64,000 bases of DNA. Source: Burkholderiales bacterium. GTDB lineage: Bacteria; Pseudomonadota; Gammaproteobacteria; Burkholderiales; JBBRTU01. A program made the translations under genes and the position numbers. Below are positions 47,484 to 57,712 of this stretch, piece by piece. Location: positions 224,718-288,717 of the forward strand of contig JBBRTU010000001.1 in assembly GCA_038244115.1 (NCBI GenBank), read 5' to 3'. The first letter of the stretch is position 1. Every line of letters starts with the position of its first letter. Under the pieces are notes generated by a model. The model had not been told where the DNA came from. It made no database searches and worked only from the letters and a program-made list of their open reading frames with translations.

Positions 47484-50213
47484 ATGGACTTTGATTTATC
47501 GACGGTCTATGGCAAAACCGGCAAGGGTGCCATGGCCATCACCTCCAAAAGCAAAACCCTGTCATCCGATCTGCTACGCACGCTCGCACTCGTGGACGGC
47601 AAATCGAGTGTAGAGGAAATTCTTGCGTCCAATAACAAACTCTCTGAACACACACTACGCGAAGCACTGACTCAGCTCACAAGCAATGGATATATCAAGG
47701 CACTCCGTAGCGGGGCAAACACCATCTTTGTATTGGGCTCAAAAGGCCCCTCCACCATTCTGGTTGCCGAAACCGATGTTGAAGAGTTTTTTGCGGCGCA
47801 ACAAAAAGTAAGAGACCAGGCCCATGCACAGGCAAAGAAAAATACTCAAAAAACTGATGATGTTAAGGCCCGCGAAATGGCAGCGGCCCGCGCGAAAGCC
47901 GAGTCTGAACAACAGGCACTGCGGGAGGTAGAGGTCAACGCTGCTGCTGAACGTCGAGCCAAAGCAGACGCCCAGGCTCGCATTGAGGCAGAAAACAGAG
48001 CACGCGAGAAAGCCGCAGCTGAAGCGCGGATGGAGGCAAAGCGAGAAGCACATGAGGAAGAGCAAGCCAGAGAGATAGCTGAGGCCATAGCCAGAAAAGA
48101 AAGCTTACGCAAAGCGCGAGAGGAAGCAGAAGCTTTGGCAAAATCTGAGGCCGAAAAACGCGCACGTCTGGAGGTTGAAGAAAAGGCCAGAGCCAAGGCC
48201 GAGGAGAAGGCACGCAGGGAGGCAGCGCAGAAAGCGCGTGAAGCAGCGGAGGCTTTGGCACGAGCCGAGGTTGAGGAGCGCAAGCGTCTGGAGGCTGAAG
48301 AAAAAGCCAGGGCCAAGACCGAGGAAAAAGCACGTAAGGAGGCAGAGCGGAAAGCGTGTGAAGCAGCGGAGGCTTTGGCACGAGCCCAGGTTGAGGAGCG
48401 CAAGCGTCTGGAGACTGAAGAAAAAGTCAGAGCCAAGGCCGAGGAAAAAGCACGCAAGGAGGCAGAGCGAAAGGCACGTGAAGCAGCAGAAGCTTTGGCA
48501 AGAGCCGAGGCTGAGAAGCGCAAGCGTCTAGAGGCTGAAGACAAGGCTAGAGCTAAGGCTGAAGAAAATGCGCGCCAGGAGGCGGAGCGGAAAGCGCGTG
48601 AAGAAGCAGAAGCTTTGATAATGGCCGAGGCTGAGAAAGACCGACGCCTCAAGGCCGAGGAAAAAGCCAGAGTGGAAGCAGAGGCCAGGTTCAAAGCACA
48701 AGAGGAAGCCCGGCTTCGAATGGAGGCCGAGCAAAAAGTCCACGAAGAGGAAGCGTCTCTGGCAAAAGCCGAAGCAGACGAACGGACGCGTCGTATTGCC
48801 GGTGAAAGGGCCAAAGCCGAAGCAGAGGCCCGTGCCAAAGCAGGCGCCGAGGAAAAAGCGCAGAAGGAAGCGGAAACAGAAGAACAGGAGCGCGCTGAAA
48901 TCGGGGCTAGAGTCCGCGCTTTGGCAGAATCACGCGCAACAGAGAATGCTGCCACATTACATACGCCGCTGAATACCGGGAAAGCACGTAAGCCCATCAA
49001 GGCTGGCAGGACGGCGCTTATTTCACTGCTGCTGTTGGTGCTTGTTCCACTTGTGTTGCTCCATGTAGTAAGCCTGAATGTACTTGCCCCTTCCATTGCC
49101 AGACTAGCTACAGATCGAATTCACGAACCCGTAACGATCAATGCAGTGCATGCCTCATTATGGCCCTCGCCACATTTCCGACTGGACGGTGTCACCATCG
49201 GAAATTCGCAAGATGTAAAGATTGCTTCGGTGCGTGTTATGCCAGTACTCACGCGCTTATTCGATGAAATCAAAGTGCTCAAATCTATCGAAATCGAGTC
49301 GCTTGCCATCGATCAAGATGCCCTACTTAGAATGCCGGGCTGGATCGCTTCAGCTGGCGGCACGGAAAAAATTCAGGTAAGCCAGATCAATCTTAGAAAC
49401 ACCAAGCTTGAGTTGCGGGGTGCGCAGTTGCCGCCCATAGATGCGGACGTCATATTAACTTCAGACAGCAAACTCAAACAGGCACGAATCAGCAGCGCGG
49501 ATAATTCAATTGAAATCCTTGTCACCCCGATGGGTGAAACGTTCGCTGTAAAGATCGCGGCAAAGAACTGGCAACCTCCTCTTGGGCCAGGGCTGAAGTT
49601 TGACGAATTGAATACCAGCGCCATTGCAACCGAAGAAGGTATGACTATAAGCGGGATCGAAGGCGCACTATACGGCGGCATCATCCGAGGCACCGCTACG
49701 ATTAAGTGGCGCGAACGCTGGTATGCCAAGGGAAATTTTACTGTTGCCGGGGTGGATCTGGCTGACGCAACACCTGCATTCAGCAGCAATATTTCTCTAA
49801 ACGGCAAGCTCGATGCAAAAGCGACATACGCTCTGGAAGCCAACAGTTTAGACAGACTATTCGATACCCCGCACATCAAGGCAAGTTTCAATTGCACGTA
49901 TGGCGCTATCGGCAATATTGACCTATCCGCCGCGACCATAGGCCGAAAACCGGAAGAAATAAAAGGTGGCCAAACCAAGTTCACCAAGCTAACCGGAAAC
50001 ATGGCCTTGGCCGATAACCGCTACCAATTCAGACAGATCAATCTGGAAAGCGATAAGCTCAAAGCCAATGGCGAGACAGACATCGCATCCAGCCAGGACT
50101 TGACTGGAAGAGTCAACGTCGAAATAAACCTGAAATCCGCCACATTCCGTTCGCATCTTTCCTTGTCCGGCGACCTGAGGCAGCCGCTCATGCGGCGAGC
50201 TGGCAAACCTTGA
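47484..50213 (+). CDS. Large fusion protein: N-terminal globular domain + E/K/A/R coiled coil + TM + AsmA-like periplasmic domain
   Basis: Residues ~1-110 are globular and ~120-480 are charged repeats. RTALISLLLLVLVPLVLLHVVSL is a TM helix with a positive-inside flank. After it, IHEPVTINAVHASLWPSPHFRLDGVTIGN matches the AsmA N-terminal pattern and TKLTGNMALADNRYQFRQINLESDKLKANGETDI matches the AsmA C-terminal pattern. Confidence 0.8.
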   Translation: MDFDLSTVYGKTGKGAMAITSKSKTLSSDLLRTLALVDGKSSVEEILASNNKLSEHTLREALTQLTSNGYIKALRSGANTIFVLGSKGPSTILVAETDVEEFFAAQQKVRDQAHAQAKKNTQKTDDVKAREMAAARAKAESEQQALREVEVNAAAERRAKADAQARIEAENRAREKAAAEARMEAKREAHEEEQAREIAEAIARKESLRKAREEAEALAKSEAEKRARLEVEEKARAKAEEKARREAAQKAREAAEALARAEVEERKRLEAEEKARAKTEEKARKEAERKACEAAEALARAQVEERKRLETEEKVRAKAEEKARKEAERKAREAAEALARAEAEKRKRLEAEDKARAKAEENARQEAERKAREEAEALIMAEAEKDRRLKAEEKARVEAEARFKAQEEARLRMEAEQKVHEEEASLAKAEADERTRRIAGERAKAEAEARAKAGAEEKAQKEAETEEQERAEIGARVRALAESRATENAATLHTPLNTGKARKPIKAGRTALISLLLLVLVPLVLLHVVSLNVLAPSIARLATDRIHEPVTINAVHASLWPSPHFRLDGVTIGNSQDVKIASVRVMPVLTRLFDEIKVLKSIEIESLAIDQDALLRMPGWIASAGGTEKIQVSQINLRNTKLELRGAQLPPIDADVILTSDSKLKQARISSADNSIEILVTPMGETFAVKIAAKNWQPPLGPGLKFDELNTSAIATEEGMTISGIEGALYGGIIRGTATIKWRERWYAKGNFTVAGVDLADATPAFSSNISLNGKLDAKATYALEANSLDRLFDTPHIKASFNCTYGAIGNIDLSAATIGRKPEEIKGGQTKFTKLTGNMALADNRYQFRQINLESDKLKANGETDIASSQDLTGRVNVEINLKSATFRSHLSLSGDLRQPLMRRAGKP
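48121..48720 (+). repeat. Five tandem 120-bp (40-codon) in-frame repeats
   Basis: The units are 48121-48240, 48241-48360, 48361-48480, 48481-48600 and 48601-48720 (the last is degenerate). Units 2 and 3 are near-identical. The consensus is EAAEALARAEVEERKRLEAEEKARAKAEEKARKEAERKAR. Confidence 0.9.
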
Positions 50214-50320
50214 TATTGCGCGCTAAATGGCGTGCCCATTGCGTTAAGCTTTGTTACACTCGCAAAATGCGCAATCATAAAGTCCTCCCCAACCCATACA
50301 AAGCATAGCGGTATTTATTT

Positions 50321-51016
50321 ATGACAGAATCCAGCGAAGCAGCAAATGCCGATTACAATTACGAGGAAATGAAACCTCGGATTGGCGACCCTGTACAACT
50401 CAATGTACAAACCAGCACCGCAAGCGAGCGCTATGCCGTCAACCTGGTTGGCCTTGTCAAAGGGCGAACGGTAATTGTAACTGCACCCATTTTGAACGGC
50501 TCTGTTGTGCTGATGCGGGAAGGACAATCGGTAATCGTGCGCTCCTTTTCCGGCACCGATGCCTATGGCTACGCATCCTCCGTGTTACGCGTATGCAACT
50601 CGCCCATTCCCTACTTGCACCTGGCTTATCCAAAATCGGTCAAGGGTGTAGCGGTTCGCAAGTCGGCGCGTGCGCACTTCAATCTTATCGGCTCGGTAGT
50701 CAATAAGCAGGAAATTGAGGAAGCCAAAGGATATGCAGTTATCATTACAGACATTAGCGTTTCGGGTGCTTCCTTCACAGCGAGCGAAGCGATTGCCAAC
50801 AAGGGCGATGCGATTACATTGTCATTCCGTGCCAAACCAAATGACATCGAAAGCTATCCAGTAATTAATTGCATCGTAAAATCCATTGTGGATGAGGGTG
50901 GCATCGGAGGAGACACGCTTAAGCTGCATTATGGCGTGCAGTTTAAAGACCTGCCGCAAGATACTTCGCTGTTATTGCAAAACATGATCTACAAGAAACT
51001 ATTGGAAAATGCCTGA
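50321..51016 (+). CDS. YcgR-like PilZ-domain protein (c-di-GMP receptor / flagellar-brake type)
   Basis: An N-terminal YcgR-like barrel, followed by PilZ motifs RKSAR and DISVSGAS. Confidence 0.8.
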   Translation: MTESSEAANADYNYEEMKPRIGDPVQLNVQTSTASERYAVNLVGLVKGRTVIVTAPILNGSVVLMREGQSVIVRSFSGTDAYGYASSVLRVCNSPIPYLHLAYPKSVKGVAVRKSARAHFNLIGSVVNKQEIEEAKGYAVIITDISVSGASFTASEAIANKGDAITLSFRAKPNDIESYPVINCIVKSIVDEGGIGGDTLKLHYGVQFKDLPQDTSLLLQNMIYKKLLENA

Positions 51017-51128
51017 ATAGGCATATCAAATAACCAGACCCTCGTAGTGCGCTCGGAATGCCGTGGAACGGCTGCTCGTTTTACATGGAATACACAACCC
51101 GATAGCCGTTCCAACTGGATTTACCCTT

Positions 51129-51327
51129 AGAGGCTGTCTTAAAAAATGCAAACCAATGGTTCCCCCCTTTGCAAAGGGGGGCTAGGGGGGATTTGAAAGG
51201 TCAGAAATGCTAGCCACCATAGAGCAAATCCCCCTCAATCCCCCTTTTACAAAGGGGGAGGTCTGTCGTTGTGCGAAAGGTTCCGGGGCATAAGTTAAGG
51301 TGCCACGTAATTTTTAAGACAGCTTCT
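51129..51327. mobile_element. Family-B MITE-like element, copy 2 (199 bp, carries a nested GC hairpin repeat)
   Basis: The terminal inverted repeats AGAGGCTGTCTTAAAAAAT / AATTTTTAAGACAGCTTCT are related to copy 1. The interior contains CCCCCCTTTGCAAAGGGGGGCTAGGGGGGATTT...AAATCCCCCTCAATCCCCCTTTTACAAAGGGGG. Confidence 0.75.
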
Positions 51328-51539
51328 TAAACCCGTTGCATACTGCTCTGCCAATCCGGATTCGGCTTTCCTCCCTTTACCCGCACGTAGCGCCCCACCT
51401 CATTCTCATACCAGCCTATCTCATGCTGGTTTGGCTCCGCCTCATACGCCCACCACGTACCGTCGGCATCCTGTGCGAGCCAGGATGCCCAGTCTGGCAG
51501 CACTTCATCCTTGCGGGTGTATTTATTCGATGCACTCAT
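51327..51539 (-). CDS. Small Trp-rich hypothetical protein (70 aa)
   Basis: LPDWASWLAQDADGTWWAYEAEPNQHEIGWYENEVGRY. Its stop codon abuts the MITE terminal repeat. Confidence 0.45.
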   Translation of the reverse strand: MSASNKYTRKDEVLPDWASWLAQDADGTWWAYEAEPNQHEIGWYENEVGRYVRVKGGKPNPDWQSSMQRV

Positions 51540-51656
51540 GAAAACCCCGCAGTCTCGAAGCTAGCAATTCGCATCTGACGCCGTTCGTTGGATCAAGTTG
51601 GAACTCCTACAGCTAATCAGAACGCAAATTTCCGTTAGGGCCTGTTCAAATAAATC

Positions 51657-52112
51657 CTATTTTTCAAACAACGCCTTGTACTTTCCGTACCCCTCTTTTT
51701 CCAATGCTTCTCTAGGAATGAATCGCAGCGATGCGGAATTTATGCAGTAGCGAAGTCCGGTTGTGGCGGGGCCATCATTGAATAGGTGACCGAGGTGGGA
51801 ATCGGCATGTTTGCTGCGTGCCTCAACGCGCAGCATAAAGTGTGTGCGATCTTCTATCGTTGCGATATTGTCCGGTTCCAGCGGTTTGAAAAAGCTCGGC
51901 CAGCCCGTACCGGAATCAAATTTATCTAGTGAGCTGAACAAGGGTTCGCCGGAAACTACATCCACGTAGATGCCTTCTTGCTTGTTGTCCCAGAATTCAT
52001 TGCGGAAAGGTGGCTCGGTTCCACATTCCTGGGTTACGTGAAATTGTTCTTCGCTGAGTCGTTTTTTTAATTCAGCGGCATCTGGTTTGCTGGTTGTCTT
52101 GTCAGCGCACAT
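51657..52112 (-). CDS. msrB: Peptide-methionine (R)-S-oxide reductase
   Basis: [28 protein letters not shown]...[10 protein letters not shown]...RYCINS. Confidence 0.95.
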   Translation of the reverse strand: MCADKTTSKPDAAELKKRLSEEQFHVTQECGTEPPFRNEFWDNKQEGIYVDVVSGEPLFSSLDKFDSGTGWPSFFKPLEPDNIATIEDRTHFMLRVEARSKHADSHLGHLFNDGPATTGLRYCINSASLRFIPREALEKEGYGKYKALFEK

Positions 52113-52127
52113 AAACTGTTCCCCTCA

Positions 52128-52712
52128 TTATTTCTTGGCCGTCTCTGCAGTCGTCTCAGTCAACCACCCGGCCAGTGCGTCAATCAAAGCATCGCTCGCC
52201 TCGGTCAGGGCATGTACGCCACCTTCCGAATTGGAACTTGGGGCCTTGCGCTCGATGGTAAAAGTACGGGTTGCAATCGGGCTGCGCGCACCTGCCACAA
52301 TCAAGCTGGCACGTGCACGAACAAGACCTCGGCTGGTGCCGGGTGTGTCAAACACATGGCTGAACTCTTCCAGTTCGATGCGCAATTGGTATTGTTTATT
52401 GCTATTTGCCGTGGCACCTAGCGCTTGATGCATTCGCAGGGTTAGCAATGTGGCGGGTGCTGCTGCCCAACGGCTGTCGGCGTAGGTTTGCAGGCGGGCA
52501 ATGTCTTGGTATGCCAGTCGATAGTGCAGTGCCGGGGTGGCAAGCCAGCTCGGGGCGCCGACATCCTGCAAGATCACATTGCCAGGAATGCGTGCGGCTT
52601 GCGTGGGCATGCCAAAATCATAGACATTCGCGGCGCGTTTGGCTTCCTGGCCGATACTACAGGCGCCAAGCCACGCACAAATCAGAATAGGGAATAGCAA
52701 TTTTGTACGCAT
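52128..52712 (-). CDS. ABC-transport auxiliary lipoprotein (DUF330 / PqiC-like)
   Basis: Lipobox LGAC at the end of the signal peptide. It sits directly downstream of an MCE protein. Confidence 0.75.
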   Translation of the reverse strand: MRTKLLFPILICAWLGACSIGQEAKRAANVYDFGMPTQAARIPGNVILQDVGAPSWLATPALHYRLAYQDIARLQTYADSRWAAAPATLLTLRMHQALGATANSNKQYQLRIELEEFSHVFDTPGTSRGLVRARASLIVAGARSPIATRTFTIERKAPSSNSEGGVHALTEASDALIDALAGWLTETTAETAKK

Positions 52713-52730
52713 AAAATCCTCTAAAATCTT

Positions 52731-53630
52731 TCAGCGCGGTGGCTCAAAGCCCTGCTCCCCAGGGCCAGGTGCGGTTTCTGGTTTGCCGAAAATCAGGCTT
52801 TGCGGGTGTGCCGACAAATCCTCCACCAAGCTGTCCAGCTTGGTGGTAGCGCGGTTGGCATCATCCAACGTCCGCTCCAGTTTGGGTAGCGTCGAAGTCA
52901 CCAATTCGTCCCCGATTGTCTCGCCCACTTTACCGATGCGCTCCGAGCTTTCTGCCATGCGGTCGAGGGTATTCACACGCTGTTTGAGCGCCTTGGTCAA
53001 TCCATCGATGTCGGCGATCATCGCATCGGCACGTTTCAGCGTAAGGCGCGCGTCAGCCGCTATCGCCGGCAACGCATCCAGTTTGGCAGACACGGCTTCG
53101 ACATTCGCCAGGGTGCGGTTGAAGCGTTCCAGATTCTGGTCGGACAGTAGATGGCTCATGCGTAACGATACATCGCTGATACGGCTGATCATGGTTTGTC
53201 CGGTATCGCTCACATCTTCCAACAGCGATGCACGCACTTCGATACGTGCTGCCTCCTTGCCGCTTTCCAGCCGCGCCCCTACCTTGCCGTCGTCGTCGAG
53301 CTGCACGTACGAAAGTCCCGTCACGCCTTGATAAGCCAGGCGTGCAAAAGTGGCTGTGGTAATCGGTGTGCCGCGTTTGATGGCGGCGTGAATAAGGATA
53401 GTGCGCGGCGAAGTCGGATCGATTTCGATTTTTTTGATATGCCCTACCTGCAAACCGCGATAGCGTACTTCACCCTGAACGCTCAGACCGGATACTGAAT
53501 GCCTGGAAACCAGCACATAGTTATCCTCTTCCGCATGCTCGCCTGCGAACCAGTAGGCTGCCAGCGCGAGCAGCAGACCGAAAGCAATCGTGAACAACCC
53601 TGCTGCCAGGGCGTGGGCGCGATTCTCCAT
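52731..53630 (-). CDS. MlaD/MCE-family substrate-binding protein
   Basis: An N-terminal TM helix followed by the MCE fold pattern GLSVQGEVRYRGLQVGHIKKIEID. Confidence 0.85.
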   Translation of the reverse strand: MENRAHALAAGLFTIAFGLLLALAAYWFAGEHAEEDNYVLVSRHSVSGLSVQGEVRYRGLQVGHIKKIEIDPTSPRTILIHAAIKRGTPITTATFARLAYQGVTGLSYVQLDDDGKVGARLESGKEAARIEVRASLLEDVSDTGQTMISRISDVSLRMSHLLSDQNLERFNRTLANVEAVSAKLDALPAIAADARLTLKRADAMIADIDGLTKALKQRVNTLDRMAESSERIGKVGETIGDELVTSTLPKLERTLDDANRATTKLDSLVEDLSAHPQSLIFGKPETAPGPGEQGFEPPR

Positions 53631-53660
53631 ACTTGATCTATCCTTATTTAGTGAGAAGCG

Positions 53661-54425
53661 TCACATCGGCCGTGCCGCCCCCCTCCTTCCCGCAAAGAAA
53701 TTGCACGTGAATGGGTGGTCGAGTTGCACCACCTCGTTGAACGGGCCCACTGCCACAATGCGCTTATCCGCCAACACAGCTACCCGATCGGACAACGCCA
53801 CCAGCGTATCGAGATCATGCGACACCATAACGATGGTGAGATTCAGCTCGCGTCGCAGATTCTCAATCAACACCATTAAAGCTTCGCTGCGATCCGGATC
53901 CAGTCCTTCGGTCGGTTCGTCCAGAATCAACAGTTCGGGTTCCAACGCGAGGGCTCGCGCCAAGCCGATGCGCTTGATCAATCCGCCAGACAATTCATCC
54001 GGCATTTTATGTATATGCATCGATTCGATCTGCACCATTTCGAGCTTGAGCATGACTAAATCTCGAATCGTATCTTCTTCAAGATACCCCAATTCCCGCA
54101 GTGGCAGGGCTATGTTATCAAATACGCTCAGGGCGCTAAATAGCGCACCTTCCTGAAACACAACGCCGCACCGTTGACGCAGACTGGTCACTTCCTGCGG
54201 GGCGATATTATGCAAGGATTGCCCAAATAATTTCACCACGCCACGCATTGGTTTTTCCAGACCAAGCATGTGCCGCAGCAGGGTTGTCTTGCCGCTGCCG
54301 GAGCCACCCACCAGCGCAAGCGATTCGCCACGCGCCACACGCAAGCTGATGTCCTGGTGAATGACATGGTCGCCATAGGCGGCCCACAGATTATCCAGTT
54401 CAACCACCGCACTTGTCTCGCTCAC
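53661..54425 (-). CDS. ABC transporter ATP-binding protein (MlaF-like)
   Basis: Walker A GGSGSGKTT, signature LSGGLIKR and Walker B LLILDEPT. The GTG start overlaps the permease stop (GTGA). Confidence 0.9.
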   Translation of the reverse strand: MSETSAVVELDNLWAAYGDHVIHQDISLRVARGESLALVGGSGSGKTTLLRHMLGLEKPMRGVVKLFGQSLHNIAPQEVTSLRQRCGVVFQEGALFSALSVFDNIALPLRELGYLEEDTIRDLVMLKLEMVQIESMHIHKMPDELSGGLIKRIGLARALALEPELLILDEPTEGLDPDRSEALMVLIENLRRELNLTIVMVSHDLDTLVALSDRVAVLADKRIVAVGPFNEVVQLDHPFTCNFFAGRRGAARPM

Positions 54426-55552
54426 TTGATCCCCACATCGAAGAACAACAGAGCAAACACAGCATCCACCACCATAATCGCGGCAATCGAAGTAACCACG
54501 GAGTTGGTTGTGCCTACGCGCATGCTCTCCGTGTTCGGCCGGATACGCAAGCCGAAATGGCAGGCGATGAGCGCGATCAGAAAGCCGAACACAACTGACT
54601 TGGCAAGCCCCAGCCAAAGATTGGCAATCGGCACTTCGCCGGGAAAATGACTGAAAAAATAGGCTACGCCCACGTGCATTTGCACATCGGCAGAGACGGC
54701 CCCGCCTAGCAGAGCCACAGCATCCGTCCACAACACGGTAAGCGGCAGCGCCAGGGTCAGCGCCGCCACTTTCGGCAGAATCAGCCGCACGCCTTGAGCA
54801 ATGCCGATGACCGCCATTGCGTCCAATTCCTGAGCTGCACGCATTGCGCCAATCTGAGCGGTCATGGCAGACCCGGTCCGGCCCGCCACCAGCACGGCAG
54901 TGAGCACCGGCCCGAATTCCCGCACGATGCTGATGCCAAGCGCGTTGATGATCAGCACATCCGCGCCATAACTATGTAATTGTTGTGTGGACAGGTAAGA
55001 GAACACCACGCCGACCAGGAATCCGACCAGTGCAGTAATCGGCATAGCCTGAGGCCCGGCACGATAAAGGTTGGCGGAAATCTCGCGCCATGGCATATGC
55101 GTAGGGTGACGGAAAATGTCGATGACATCAAGCGCAAGTTGCCCGGTCAAACGGATAAGGCCATGCAACAACTCAATCAACGCCAGTATCTCTTTGCCTA
55201 TAAGGGCTACCGGGGAAAGCCAATCCCGCTGGCGAGGCAACGGTACCGCAGCAGGCATGGCCTCCAGGTGGGCAAACAATAGCTCGTGCTCGGTACGCAA
55301 ATACAGCACAGCCGGGCGATGTTTGCCCCAAGCGCGCCACAGCATGACAGCACCGGCATTATCCAGCGAATCTATTTTGCGTAGGTCCCAGCCAGCTAGC
55401 ACCACCGCATGCTCGGCAAGCTGCGCCTCCATGTCGGCATGCGCCGATCGTAGGCTGCGCAGCGTCCAGGCACCTGTCAGCTCCAGCAGGATCAATCCGT
55501 CTGGCGTATGGTTTTTTCGCACCGCAGGTCTGGCTGGCGAATCGTCGGTCAT
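54422..55552 (-). CDS. MlaE-family ABC permease with N-terminal STAS-like extension
   Basis: The C-terminal ~260 aa is MlaE-like (GPQAMPITALVGFLVGVV...). The N-terminal ~110 aa (LILLELTGAWTL...) resembles an anti-sigma-antagonist/STAS fold. Confidence 0.85.
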   Translation of the reverse strand: MTDDSPARPAVRKNHTPDGLILLELTGAWTLRSLRSAHADMEAQLAEHAVVLAGWDLRKIDSLDNAGAVMLWRAWGKHRPAVLYLRTEHELLFAHLEAMPAAVPLPRQRDWLSPVALIGKEILALIELLHGLIRLTGQLALDVIDIFRHPTHMPWREISANLYRAGPQAMPITALVGFLVGVVFSYLSTQQLHSYGADVLIINALGISIVREFGPVLTAVLVAGRTGSAMTAQIGAMRAAQELDAMAVIGIAQGVRLILPKVAALTLALPLTVLWTDAVALLGGAVSADVQMHVGVAYFFSHFPGEVPIANLWLGLAKSVVFGFLIALIACHFGLRIRPNTESMRVGTTNSVVTSIAAIMVVDAVFALLFFDVGIK

Positions 55553-55677
55553 GTATGGGAGGCGATATTGTTGATGTTTGCGGCTAACTATAAACCAATT
55601 GTATGCTTGGGTTCTAGCAAATCCCGGCAAGTCATCTTAAAATGGGACTCAACCCGCGCAAAGAAAGGGAATCTGCA

Positions 55678-56172
55678 ATGAACAAAAATCGGATTATTGC
55701 CTGTTTACTCCTGTTCACATTTACCATGCCAGCATTTGCTTTCGAAGTCGACGAATTCAAAAGCGGCATGGATCATGAAAAAATTAAGGAGCTTCTGAAG
55801 AGTTGGAATTTCGATAAAGTTCAGGAATTCTCTAAAGACACACTGATTGCCTACGACTTGGGGAGCAAAGGCACCAATCGTCAGATCATCTTCAACTTCT
55901 GTAACGATAAGCTGGTAGGGATTGAGCAGGAAATCAAACCTTCGCTAAAGAATTTCATTACGATTGCCAGTAATTTCAATGCCAAGTATGGGCAGCCATC
56001 AAAGGTGGAAGCGGACAATAACGTTATCAGTACCGGCGAGAAAAATACGCTGGCGCTGTTTTGGCGCAAGGGTCTCGACACTGTCGGCATACGTCTGCTG
56101 TTGTTATCTTCCAATGATCAGATATTGCTCAGCCACCAAGTACCAAACATCTGCTGGCCAGCACCACGCTAA
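55678..56172 (+). CDS. Secreted hypothetical protein, AT-rich gene
   Basis: Signal peptide MNKNRIIACLLLFTFTMPAFA. I recognise no motif. Confidence 0.5.
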   Translation: MNKNRIIACLLLFTFTMPAFAFEVDEFKSGMDHEKIKELLKSWNFDKVQEFSKDTLIAYDLGSKGTNRQIIFNFCNDKLVGIEQEIKPSLKNFITIASNFNAKYGQPSKVEADNNVISTGEKNTLALFWRKGLDTVGIRLLLLSSNDQILLSHQVPNICWPAPR

Positions 56173-56230
56173 ATTGCGGTATTGAGGTGCATCCCGGGTT
56201 AAAATAGCGTTTTGCCATTTGTCCGCTTGC

Positions 56231-57710
<1,480 letters not shown>

Positions 57711-57712
57711 GC

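Noticed and set aside
48121-48720. Possible CRISPR-like array (regular 120-bp periodicity)
   Set aside because: The repeats are contiguous with no unique spacers. They are in-frame within a long ORF and encode a coiled coil.
47846-49096. 416-aa minus-strand ORF (Ala/Ser/Arg-rich)
   Set aside because: It is the antisense shadow of the GAR-rich coiled-coil repeats in the 909-aa gene. Its composition is low-complexity, and its open frame follows from the GAA/GCN codon periodicity on the opposite strand.
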